A DNA stretch of 32,000 nucleotides from Alkalilimnicola ehrlichii MLHE-1 (GCF_000014785.1 NC_008340.1:600001-632000), one strand, 5' to 3'; positions 9,532-17,356 are shown, numbered from the stretch's first letter. Made by a program: numbers and translations. Notes: generated by a model not told the origin, from the letters alone.

Positions 9532-10077
9532 CTATCGGGCGGGCTTCGCGGGTCGCGGTTCCCGCACCACCAGGGTGCCGGCCAGCCGGTCGTGCACCCC
9601 GCGACGCCAGGGGTCGGCGAGGATCCAGCCAAACATGAGCAGTAAAGGCAGCCCCGAGAGCAGGAAGGTGAAGTGGCGCGGGCCCGTCGTCTGCCCCTCG
9701 GACCAGCCGGAGAAGTAGGCCCCGTAAAGCCCGAGGAGGAGGGCCGCCCAGCCGAGCAGCGGCAGCAGGATGCGCAACAGCGCGGTGCGCAGGGTCACCC
9801 GCCGGCCCTCCGGGTCCACCAGCCGCAGCCGCCAGGTCTTCATGCCCAGGGTCTGCCCGCCGCGAACCCAGCAGTAGACGAAGTAGCCGCCGGCCAGGAA
9901 CAGCAGATAGAGCTGATAGAGCGTCCCCGGCAGCGTGCCGGATTCGATGGCGTCACCGCCGGTGAACAGCAGGGGCAGCGCGCCGCCCACCATCAGGATG
10001 GCCAGGACCAGCATCAGGTCGTAGACGAACGCAACGAGCCGGACCGTGAAACTCGCGGGATAGGCGTGCTGGGGCAT
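9532..10077 (-). CDS. RDD family membrane protein
   Basis: 181 aa ORF. RLVAFVYD near the N-terminus, GQTLGMKTWRLRLV, and C-terminal HDRLAGTLVV, with hydrophobic segments in between. This is the typical RDD-domain layout. Confidence 0.7.
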   Translation of the reverse strand: MPQHAYPASFTVRLVAFVYDLMLVLAILMVGGALPLLFTGGDAIESGTLPGTLYQLYLLFLAGGYFVYCWVRGGQTLGMKTWRLRLVDPEGRRVTLRTALLRILLPLLGWAALLLGLYGAYFSGWSEGQTTGPRHFTFLLSGLPLLLMFGWILADPWRRGVHDRLAGTLVVREPRPAKPAR

Positions 10078-10118
10078 GGCGTCCGGGCCGGATAGGGATC
10101 AGCGGGTGGTAGGGAAGA

Positions 10119-10193
10119 TGGCGCTCCCACGGGGAATTGAACCCCGGTTTCCGCCTTGAGAGGGCGGCGTCCTGACCGCTAGACGATGGGAGC
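10119..10193 (-). tRNA. tRNA-Glu (anticodon CUC)
   Basis: The reverse complement folds as a 75-nt cloverleaf: GCTCCCA TC GTCT AGCGGTCA GGAC G CCGCC CTCTCAA GGCGG AAAC CGGGG TTCAATT CCCCG TGGGAGC G CCA. The body closely resembles E. coli tRNA-Glu. The anticodon loop CT-CTC-AA gives CUC, and CCA is encoded. Confidence 0.93.
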
Positions 10194-10232
10194 GTTTTGC
10201 TTGTTAACTCGGCAGCGCCGAACAGGGGTGGT

Positions 10233-10260
10233 ATTATACGCGCCCATTTCGCAGTCTCAA
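10233..10260 (-). promoter_or_regulatory. Candidate sigma70 promoter for tRNA-Glu
   Basis: Minus strand: TTGAGA (10260-10255), 16-nt spacer, TATAAT (10238-10233), then a GC-rich discriminator ACCACCCC. It lies ~35-40 nt upstream of the tRNA 5' end. Confidence 0.6.
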
Positions 10261-10274
10261 GTGCCAATTTCCAC

Positions 10275-11636
10275 GTGACGGAACAGACCATCAACTCCGA
10301 CAACCCCGCGATCGTTCCCAGGGATCAGCACCGCATCTCCCGCGCGGATATCAGCGAGAACGCCCTCAAGGTCCTGTACCGGCTGAAGAATGCCGGCTAC
10401 GGTGCCTACCTGGTGGGCGGCGGCGTGCGCGACCTGTCCCTGGGTCATGAGCCCAAGGATTTCGACGTGGCCACGGACGCCCGGCCCGAGGAGGTACGGG
10501 AGCTGTTTCGCAACTGTCGGCTGATCGGCCGCCGCTTCCGCCTGGCCCACGTGCAGTTCGGCCGCGAGATCATTGAGGTGGCCACCTTCCGCGCCCTGCA
10601 TGATCCGGAGAGCCAGGACGACGACGAGGCCGACGGTGATTTCGACGATGACGACGTCGAGGTCCGTGACCGGGCCGTGGGCGAGGTGGCCTTCGAGAAC
10701 GGCCGCATCGTGCGCGACAACGTATACGGCACCCTGGAAGAGGATGCCCTACGGCGCGACTTCACCATCAACGCGCTCTACTACAACATCGCTGACTTCA
10801 GCGTGGTGGACCACGCCGGCGGGCTGAAGGACCTGGATCAGGGGGTCATCCGCCTGATGGGCGACCCGGAGACCCGCTACCGGGAGGATCCGGTGCGGAT
10901 GCTGCGTGCGGTGCGCTTCGCCGCCAAGCTGGGCTTCCGCATCCATCCCGATACCGCCGAGCCGCTGCCGCGCATGGCCCACCTGCTGGCCGAGGTGCCG
11001 CCGGCGCGCCTGTTCGATGAGGTGCTCAAGCTCTTTATGGGCGGGCTGGCCGCCGAGACCTTCGAGATGCTGCGCCAACACGGCCTGTTCGCACCCCTCT
11101 TCCCGATGACCGAGCGGGAGATCGAGGCGGACCAGCACGGCGTGGTGCTCTCGTTCATCGCCCAGGCCCTGAAGAACACCGACGAGCGCATCGAGAACGG
11201 CAAGCCGGTCACGCCCGCCTTCCTGTTCGCCGCCCTGCTGTGGCCGGCGGTGGTGGCCCGCTCCCTGGCCCTGCAGGCGGAAGAGGACGTGCCCCCGGTG
11301 CCGGCGCTGCAGCAGGCCGCCGCCGAGATCCAGCGGCGTCAGCGCCAGAGCGTGGCCATCCCCAAGCGTTTCGGGATCCCCATGGGCGAGATCTGGACCC
11401 TGCAGCCGCGCTTCGACCAGCGTACCGGCAAGCGCCCGCTGCGCTTCATGGGCCACCCGCGGTTCCGTGCCGCCTACGATTTCCTGCTGCTGCGTGCGAC
11501 CATCGGCGAGGTGCCCGAGGCCCTGGCCGAGTGGTGGACCCAGTTTCAGGAGCTGCACCCGGAGCAGCGCGCACAGGTGGTCCTGGACCAGAAAGGCGGA
11601 CGCGGCCGCCGGGGCCGGCGCCGCCGGCGCCGCTGA
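10275..11636 (+). CDS. pcnB: Poly(A) polymerase I
   Basis: Frame of ORF 10197..11636. VPRDQHRISRADISENALKVLYRLKNAGYGAYLVGGGVRD and RLIGRRFRLAHV are near-identical to E. coli PcnB. Arg-rich C-terminal tail. The start is uncertain: GTG 10275 is the first start that clears the tRNA-Glu gene and its promoter. Confidence 0.9.
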   Translation: MTEQTINSDNPAIVPRDQHRISRADISENALKVLYRLKNAGYGAYLVGGGVRDLSLGHEPKDFDVATDARPEEVRELFRNCRLIGRRFRLAHVQFGREIIEVATFRALHDPESQDDDEADGDFDDDDVEVRDRAVGEVAFENGRIVRDNVYGTLEEDALRRDFTINALYYNIADFSVVDHAGGLKDLDQGVIRLMGDPETRYREDPVRMLRAVRFAAKLGFRIHPDTAEPLPRMAHLLAEVPPARLFDEVLKLFMGGLAAETFEMLRQHGLFAPLFPMTEREIEADQHGVVLSFIAQALKNTDERIENGKPVTPAFLFAALLWPAVVARSLALQAEEDVPPVPALQQAAAEIQRRQRQSVAIPKRFGIPMGEIWTLQPRFDQRTGKRPLRFMGHPRFRAAYDFLLLRATIGEVPEALAEWWTQFQELHPEQRAQVVLDQKGGRGRRGRRRRRR

Positions 11637-11670
11637 GCACCGGCGGCTCCACCGCGGGGCGCCGCAGGCC

Positions 11671-12174
11671 ATGAGTGACTGGGTGACGGCATACCTGGGG
11701 CTGGGCAGCAACCTGAACGGTCCGCGCGCGCAGATCGAGCGGGCTGTGGCGGCGCTGGCCCGGCTGCCCGGGTGCCGGGGGCTGCGCAGCTCGTCGCTCT
11801 ACCGCAATCCGCCCATGGGCCCGGTGGACCAGCCCGACTTCGTCAACGCCGTGGTCGCCCTGCGCACCCGGCTGGACCCGCTGGTGCTGTTGGACCAGAT
11901 TCAGGGGCTGGAGCGCCAGCAGGGACGGGTGCGCGGTCGCTACTGGGGTGAGCGCACGCTGGACGTGGACCTGTTGCTCTACGGCGACCATCGGGTCGCC
12001 CATGCGCGGTTGACCGTGCCCCATCCCGGGCTGCCGCACCGCGCCTTCGTGCTGTATCCTCTGGCCGAACTGGCGGACGCGCCGCCGCTGCCCGGCCTTC
12101 CGGCCCTGGAGACGCTGTTGGCCGGCTGCGGCGGAGAATCACTCGAGAAGATCGCGCCGCCGCCGTTGCCTTGA
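11671..12174 (+). CDS. folK: 2-amino-4-hydroxy-6-hydroxymethyldihydropteridine diphosphokinase
   Basis: Frame of ORF 11467..12174. ATG 11671 gives [15 protein letters not shown]..., with NAVVAL.T, GPRTLDLDLL-like [12 protein letters not shown] and [12 protein letters not shown]. pcnB-folK synteny. Confidence 0.92.
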   Translation: MSDWVTAYLGLGSNLNGPRAQIERAVAALARLPGCRGLRSSSLYRNPPMGPVDQPDFVNAVVALRTRLDPLVLLDQIQGLERQQGRVRGRYWGERTLDVDLLLYGDHRVAHARLTVPHPGLPHRAFVLYPLAELADAPPLPGLPALETLLAGCGGESLEKIAPPPLP

Positions 12175-12217
12175 GCCCGATTGTCCTGTCACCTCCAGCA
12201 GGAGATACGCTGTAGCC

Positions 12218-13051
12218 ATGTATACCGGTGACCCGCCGCAGACCCGTCGCCCCGTCACTGTCGGGCGGCTGCAGAGGATGAAGGCGGACGGCCAGAAGGT
12301 CGTCGCCCTCACGGCCTACGACTACACCTTTGCCGTGGCGGAGGACCAGGCCGGGGTGGACGTCATCCTGGTGGGCGACTCCCTGGGCATGGTGGTCCAG
12401 GGGCGGGACACCACCGTGCCGGTCACAGTGGAGGAGATGGTCTACCACACCCGCTGCGTCACCGCGGCCCGGCCTTCCGCCCTGGTGATGGCCGACATGC
12501 CCTTTATGAGCTACGCCACCCTGGAGGACGGCCTGCGCAACGCCGCCCGGTTGATGCAGGAGGGCGGGGCGCAGATGATCAAGCTGGAGGGGGCCGGTGA
12601 GCAGGCCGAACTGGTGGCCCGACTGGCCCGTGCCGGCATTCCGGTGTGCGCCCACCTGGGGCTGCAGCCGCAACTGGTGCACAAGCTGGGGGGGTACCGG
12701 GTGCAGGGGCGGGAGAGCGCGGCCGCCGACGCCATGCTGGCCGATGCCCAGGCCCTCGAGGCGGCGGGCGCCGACCTGCTGCTGCTGGAGTGTGTGCCCG
12801 CCGAGTTGGGCCGGCGCATCAGCCAGGGGCTGGAGATCCCGGTGATCGGTATCGGCGCCGGGCCCGATTGTGACGGCCAGATCCTGGTCCTGCAGGACAT
12901 CCTGGGGGTTACCCCGGGCCGGATCCCGCGGTTCTCCAAGAACTTCATGAACGGCGCCGGCAGTATCCAGTGTGCCCTTCAGGCCTATGTGCAGGCGGTG
13001 CGTAGCGGTGCCTTTCCGGATGCGGCGCACTCGTTCGGAGGGCAGGGGTGA
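12218..13051 (+). CDS. panB: 3-methyl-2-oxobutanoate hydroxymethyltransferase
   Basis: 277 aa [32 protein letters not shown] and [18 protein letters not shown] align with E. coli PanB along the full length. Confidence 0.96.
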   Translation: MYTGDPPQTRRPVTVGRLQRMKADGQKVVALTAYDYTFAVAEDQAGVDVILVGDSLGMVVQGRDTTVPVTVEEMVYHTRCVTAARPSALVMADMPFMSYATLEDGLRNAARLMQEGGAQMIKLEGAGEQAELVARLARAGIPVCAHLGLQPQLVHKLGGYRVQGRESAAADAMLADAQALEAAGADLLLLECVPAELGRRISQGLEIPVIGIGAGPDCDGQILVLQDILGVTPGRIPRFSKNFMNGAGSIQCALQAYVQAVRSGAFPDAAHSFGGQG

Positions 13052-13908
13052 AGCGGCTGAAGCGCACAGCGGATCTGCGCGCCTTGGTGGCCGACTGGCG
13101 CCGGGAGGGCCTCCGGGTGGGCCTGGTGCCCACCATGGGCAATCTGCACGAGGGGCACCTGGCCCTGGCCGAGTATCTGGCGCCGCACTGTGACCGGCTG
13201 GTGACCAGCATCTTCGTCAATCCGCTGCAGTTCGGCCCCAACGAGGATTACGAGAGCTATCCACGCACCTTTGGTGAGGACTGTGCCGGCCTTGAGGCGC
13301 GTGGGGTGGATGCGGTGTTCGCGCCCCCGGTGGAGGAGATGTACCGCGGCGGCGTGCGCCAGGCCACCCGGGTGGAGGTGGGGGCGCTGGCTGAGCGTCT
13401 TTGCGGTATCAGCCGGCCCGGCCACTTCACGGGGGTGGCCACGGTGGTGGTCAAGCTGTTCAACCTGGTACAGCCGGACGTGGCGGTCTTCGGCCGCAAG
13501 GACTACCAGCAGTTGCGGGTGATCGAGCAGGTGGTCTCGGACCTGAATATCCCGGTGGAGGTGCGGGGCATGCCCACGGTGCGTGAGCCGGACGGGCTGG
13601 CCATGAGTTCGCGCAACGGCTATCTCACCCAGCAGGAGCGGCATATCGCGCCGGGCCTCTACCGCACGTTGCAGGGGATGGCGAAGCGGATCCGGGCGGG
13701 GGATGACGACTACCGTCGCCTGGAGGCGCGCGGGCGGGCCATGCTGGCGGAACAGGGCTTTCAGCCGGACTACCTGGAGGTGTGCCGGGCCGACGATCTG
13801 ACCCCGGCGGCGCCAGGCGACCGGGGCCTGGTGGTGGCGGGTGCGGCCTGGTTGGGACGGGCGCGCCTGATCGATAATATCGAATTGGAATTGAACCGGG
13901 ATCAATAA
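13048..13908 (+). CDS. panC: Pantoate--beta-alanine ligase
   Basis: 286 aa ORF. The GTG start overlaps the panB stop (GTGA). [29 protein letters not shown] and MSSRN motifs. Confidence 0.96.
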   Translation: MKRLKRTADLRALVADWRREGLRVGLVPTMGNLHEGHLALAEYLAPHCDRLVTSIFVNPLQFGPNEDYESYPRTFGEDCAGLEARGVDAVFAPPVEEMYRGGVRQATRVEVGALAERLCGISRPGHFTGVATVVVKLFNLVQPDVAVFGRKDYQQLRVIEQVVSDLNIPVEVRGMPTVREPDGLAMSSRNGYLTQQERHIAPGLYRTLQGMAKRIRAGDDDYRRLEARGRAMLAEQGFQPDYLEVCRADDLTPAAPGDRGLVVAGAAWLGRARLIDNIELELNRDQ

Positions 13909-13919
13909 ATCAGCATAAT
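13891..13919 (+). promoter_or_regulatory. Candidate sigma70 promoter for panD, embedded in the AT-rich 3' end of panC
   Basis: TTGAAC (13891-13896), 17-nt spacer, CATAAT (13914-13919). It is a locally AT-rich patch in a GC-rich genome and would give a ~105-nt panD leader. Confidence 0.4.
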
Positions 13920-14032
13920 CCGCGACTGAAATGTGCGGTTGCACAAGAGCGCCTCGTCACCCCTGTCGGGCCTGTACGGGTCTGGCTTCGCGTGGAGCGG
14001 CGAGTTGTACGGCAAGAAAACGGTGATTCGGT

Positions 14033-14413
14033 ATGCAATTGAACATGCTGAAATGCAAGCTGCACCAGGCCTGCGTGACGGATACAGAGCTGGACTACGA
14101 GGGGTCCTGCGCCATTGATGCCAACCTCATGGATGCCGCCGGTATCCGCGAGTTCGAGCAGATCCATGTCTACAATCTGGCGAACGGTGCGCGGTTCACC
14201 ACCTATGCCATCCGTGGCGAGGCCGGTTCGCGCATGATCTCCATGAACGGTGCGGCGGCGCATCTGTGCAGTGAGGGTGACCGTATCATCATCTGCTGCT
14301 ACGCCAACGTGGACGAGTCGGAGCTGGACCGCCACGAGCCCGCGCTGGTCTACTGCGACGGCGATAACCGGATTACCCACCAGCGCAACGGCATCCCGCT
14401 GCAGGTGGCCTGA
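14033..14413 (+). CDS. panD: Aspartate 1-decarboxylase (pyruvoyl-dependent)
   Basis: 126 aa ORF. MLKCKLHQACVTDTELDYEGSCAIDANLMDAAGI contains the GS self-cleavage site and matches E. coli PanD. Confidence 0.96.
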   Translation: MQLNMLKCKLHQACVTDTELDYEGSCAIDANLMDAAGIREFEQIHVYNLANGARFTTYAIRGEAGSRMISMNGAAAHLCSEGDRIIICCYANVDESELDRHEPALVYCDGDNRITHQRNGIPLQVA

Positions 14414-14464
14414 TCCTGATGCGCTGAGGGCGCCCCGCTGGCGTCCACCGGCGTGATGCGATGC

Positions 14465-14511
14465 AAAAAGCCGTTTCCGGTCAGGTTTCCGGAGCGGCTT
14501 TTCTCGTTTTT
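14465..14511. terminator. Rho-independent terminator downstream of panD (A-run and T-run on both sides, possibly bidirectional)
   Basis: AAAAAGCCGTTTCCGG-tcaggttt-CCGGAGCGGCTTTT followed by CTCGTTTTT. The stem is AAAAGCCG/CGGCTTTT plus CCGG/CCGG. Confidence 0.6.
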
Positions 14512-14563
14512 GATGTGGTGTTGGGGGCGGCGTTGGGGCCGAGGGGCGGGTGCCGAAGGTTTT

Positions 14564-14648
14564 CCCCCGTCATCGCGAGGGCCGAAGGCCCGTGGCGATC
14601 CAGGGCGGTAGACTGCCGCGTCGGCTTCGCCTCCTCGCAGTGACGGGG
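14564..14648. repeat. Palindromic intergenic repeat unit, copy 1 (REP/MITE-like)
   Basis: Left arm CCCCCGTCATCGCGAGG...CGTGGCGATCCA, right arm GACTGCC...GCCTCCTCGCAGTGACGGGG. The arms are imperfect inverted repeats (CCCCGTCA / TGACGGGG, GCGAGG / CCTCGC). Confidence 0.8.
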
Positions 14649-14658
14649 AGGGTCGCCA

Positions 14659-14749
14659 CCCCCGTCATCGCGAGGAGCGCAGCGACGTGGCGATCCACAG
14701 GCCCTGGACTGCCACATCGGCTCTGCCTCCTCGCAGTGCCGGGTGGGGG
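14659..14749. repeat. Palindromic intergenic repeat unit, copy 2
   Basis: Same termini as copy 1: a 17-nt identical left end CCCCCGTCATCGCGAGG, an identical CGTGGCGATCCA, and GCCTCCTCGCAGTG at the right end. The interior is divergent. The two copies are separated by ~10 nt. Confidence 0.8.
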
Positions 14750-14778
14750 TTGTGCTTCTCTTCCGGAAAAATGACGGC

Positions 14779-15855
14779 TTATTCCGCGTTTCCGGGTTCC
14801 GTCAACCGTCTCAAGGCCCACGCCACATGCTCGCGCACCAGGGCTGACGGGTGCTCCTGTCGCGCCTCCAGCGCCGCCACGGCCTCGGCGCTGGCCGGCC
14901 CGTTGCCCAAGGCTACGGCGAGGTTGCGCAGCCACCGCTCGTGCCCCAGGCGACGGATCGCCGAGCCCGCCATCCGGTCGAGAAACTGCGATTCGGTCCA
15001 GCCGAACAGTTCCACCAGGTCCGCGTGGTCCAGGTTGTGCCGCGGTTGGAAGTCCCCCTCCGCCGTCGGCCGGGCGAACTTGTTCCACGGGCAGATGAGC
15101 TGGCAGTCGTCGCAGCCGAACACCCGGTTGCCCATCAGCGGCCGCAGCGGCTCCGGGATCGGGCCGTCGTGTTCGATGGTGAGGTAACTGATGCAGAGGC
15201 GGGCATCGAGTTGGTAGGGGCCGACGATGGCCCCCGTCGGGCAGACATCGATACAGGCGCGGCACCGGCCGCAGTGGCCGCGGCGCCGTGGCGGGTCGGC
15301 GGGCAGGGGCAGGTCCGTGAACAGCTCCCCCAGGAAGAACCACGAGCTGGCGTCCCGGTCCATCAACAGCGTGTGCTTGCCGATCCAGCCCAGGTCCGCC
15401 TCCCGGCCCACCGCCTTCTCCAGCACCGGGGCGCTGTCCACAAAGGCGCGGTAACCGTACGGCCCCACCTCGGTCTCGATCCGCCGGGCGAGTTTCTGCA
15501 GCCGCTGGCGCATCAGCTTGTGATAGTCCCGCCCCAGGGCGTAGCGGGCGACATAGGCCTTGCGCCCGTCCGCCAGCACCGACCAGGGCTCCGCCCCCGC
15601 CGGCTGGTAGTCCAGCCGCACCGAGATGATCCGCCCCGTGCCCGGCAGCAGCCGCTGCGGTCGGCTGCGCTTCACCCCGTGGCGCCCCATCCAGCCCATG
15701 GTCCCCTGCCAGCCCCGGCGCAGCCAGCGCAGCAACCAGTACTCATCCTGGCGCAGGTCCGGGTCGGCGATACCCACGCCGGTGAACCCCAGCTCGCCCG
15801 CCCAGACGCGGATGCGTTCGGCCAGCGCCTGCATGTCATCGGCTGTTCTCTCCAT
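14779..15855 (-). CDS. queG: tRNA epoxyqueuosine(34) reductase
   Basis: Frame of ORF 14779..15879. 4Fe-4S motifs CGRCRACIDVCPTGAI and CDDCQLICPWN, with C-terminal HEAT-like repeats. ATG 15855 (MERTADDMQALAERIRVWAGELGF) aligns with the E. coli QueG N-terminus. Confidence 0.9.
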   Translation of the reverse strand: MERTADDMQALAERIRVWAGELGFTGVGIADPDLRQDEYWLLRWLRRGWQGTMGWMGRHGVKRSRPQRLLPGTGRIISVRLDYQPAGAEPWSVLADGRKAYVARYALGRDYHKLMRQRLQKLARRIETEVGPYGYRAFVDSAPVLEKAVGREADLGWIGKHTLLMDRDASSWFFLGELFTDLPLPADPPRRRGHCGRCRACIDVCPTGAIVGPYQLDARLCISYLTIEHDGPIPEPLRPLMGNRVFGCDDCQLICPWNKFARPTAEGDFQPRHNLDHADLVELFGWTESQFLDRMAGSAIRRLGHERWLRNLAVALGNGPASAEAVAALEARQEHPSALVREHVAWALRRLTEPGNAE

Positions 15856-15877
15856 CCGCCCATTGTAAACTGGGGGC

Positions 15878-17356
15878 ATGAATACACTACCGGAATACCT
15901 CTACACGCCGGCCCAGGTCCAGGAGCTGGACCGCCGGGCCATTCAGGATCACGGCCTACCCGGGTTGTCGCTGATGGAGCGCGCCGGCCGCCGGGGCTGG
16001 GAAGTGCTGCTCAAGCACTGGCCCCACGTGCGCCGCCTGCGGGTGCTCTGCGGCGGGGGCAATAACGGTGGCGACGGCTACGTGGTGGCGCGGCTGGCCC
16101 GGCGCGCCGGCCTCGGTGTGCGCCTGCAGGCCCTGTCCGACCCCGACCGGCTCAACGGCGATGCCGCTACCGTGGCGCGCCGCTTCCAGGAGGAGGGGGG
16201 GCAGATCGAGTCCTGGGATCCGACCGGCCTGGCGGACGAGGACGTGGTGGTGGACGCCCTGCTGGGCACCGGCCTGGACCGGCCGGTGGAGGGGCGCTAC
16301 CGGGAGGCGTTGCAGGCGCTGAAGGCGGCCGGCGTGCCGGTGCTGGCCATCGACGTGCCCTCGGGGCTCAACGCCGGCACCGGTGCCGTGATGGGGGAGG
16401 CGGTGGAGGCGCACTGCACGGTGACCTTCATCGGTCTCAAGCCGGGGCTGCTCACCGGCGCCGGCCCGCAGTGTGCCGGCACCCTCTACTTCGACGACCT
16501 GGGTGTGCCGCCGGAGATCTACCAGGATATGGCCCCGGTGGCGGGTCTCTGCCGCGATGAGCTGTTGCGCCGGTGCCTCGGCCCCCGCCCGGCCCATGCC
16601 CACAAGGGCCAGTTCGGCCACGCCTTGGTGATCGGCGGTGATCTGGGCATGGGTGGTGCGGCGCGGATGGCCGGCGAGGCGGCGGGCCGCACCGGGGCGG
16701 GGCTGGTCAGCGTGGCCACCCGCCCGGCGCACGTCGCCGCCCTGCTGGCCGCGCGCCCGGAGCTGATGGTCCACGGCCTGGACAGCGCCGAGGGCCTGGC
16801 GCCGCTGCTGGAGAAGGCCACTGCCTGGGCCCTGGGGCCGGGGCTGGGGCAGGGGCCGTGGGGGCGCGCGCTCTGGGAGGCGGCGCTGCGGACTGAGCAC
16901 CCCTGCGTGCTCGATGCCGATGCCCTCAACCTGCTGGCCGCCGACCCGCGTCCCTGCCCCAACGCCCTGCTCACCCCCCACCCGGGCGAGGCGGCCCGGC
17001 TGCTGGGTGTGACCCCTGCCGAGGTGCAGGCGGATCGGCTGGCCGCGGCCGACGCGCTGGTGGAACGCTACCGCGGGGCAGTGGTGCTCAAGGGCGCCGG
17101 CAGTGTGATCGCCGCCCCGGGGGCCCTGCCGCGCTTGGTCACCGCCGGCAATCCGGGGATGGCCAGCGGCGGCATGGGCGATGTCCTCACCGGGGTGGTG
17201 CTCGGGTTGCTGGCACAAGGCCTGTCCGCCGTGGAGGCGGCCGAATTGGGGGCGCTGGTGCATGCCCGCGCCGCTGACCGGGCCGCCCGGGCCGGGGAGC
17301 GCGGGCTGCTGGCGGGCGATGTGCTGATGGCCCTGCGTGCCGAGGTCAACCCGTGA
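15878..17356 (+). CDS. nnr: Bifunctional NAD(P)H-hydrate repair enzyme (epimerase / ADP-dependent dehydratase)
   Basis: 492 aa ORF. CGGGNNGGDGYVVAR (YjeF_N), DALLGTGL, HKGQFGH, TPHPGEAARLL and GNPGMASGGMGDVLTG match E. coli YjeF throughout. Confidence 0.95.
   Translation: MNTLPEYLYTPAQVQELDRRAIQDHGLPGLSLMERAGRRGWEVLLKHWPHVRRLRVLCGGGNNGGDGYVVARLARRAGLGVRLQALSDPDRLNGDAATVARRFQEEGGQIESWDPTGLADEDVVVDALLGTGLDRPVEGRYREALQALKAAGVPVLAIDVPSGLNAGTGAVMGEAVEAHCTVTFIGLKPGLLTGAGPQCAGTLYFDDLGVPPEIYQDMAPVAGLCRDELLRRCLGPRPAHAHKGQFGHALVIGGDLGMGGAARMAGEAAGRTGAGLVSVATRPAHVAALLAARPELMVHGLDSAEGLAPLLEKATAWALGPGLGQGPWGRALWEAALRTEHPCVLDADALNLLAADPRPCPNALLTPHPGEAARLLGVTPAEVQADRLAAADALVERYRGAVVLKGAGSVIAAPGALPRLVTAGNPGMASGGMGDVLTGVVLGLLAQGLSAVEAAELGALVHARAADRAARAGERGLLAGDVLMALRAEVNP

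Noticed and set aside
9521-9544. Hairpin CGCCCG-cgactat-CGGGCG between convergent lptG and the RDD gene as a terminator; similar GC hairpins occur at 4440-4480 downstream of the GNAT gene
   Set aside because: These are short GC stems without an adjacent T-run, and the first overlaps the RDD stop codon. Such stems occur by chance at this GC content, so the evidence is too weak to report as a feature.
10078-10260. tRNA-Glu (and tRNA-Leu at 29590..29676) as genomic-island integration sites
   Set aside because: No integrase, no direct repeat of the tRNA 3' end, and no compositional shift were seen. The genes flanking both tRNAs are conserved housekeeping genes.
14564-14749. CRISPR array interpretation of the two direct repeats
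   Set aside because: There are only two units, each ~85-90 nt long (far longer than CRISPR repeats) and internally palindromic over its whole length. They are separated by ~10 nt rather than a spacer-sized unique segment. There are no cas genes in the window.
14461-14774. Small ORFs 14461..14643 (+), 14550..14774 (+), 14481..14717 (-) and 14570..15343 (-)
   Set aside because: They are translations of the terminator hairpin and the palindromic repeats, or antisense to queG. This is the classic source of spurious 'hypothetical proteins' from this repeat type. None has an SD or a plausible composition.
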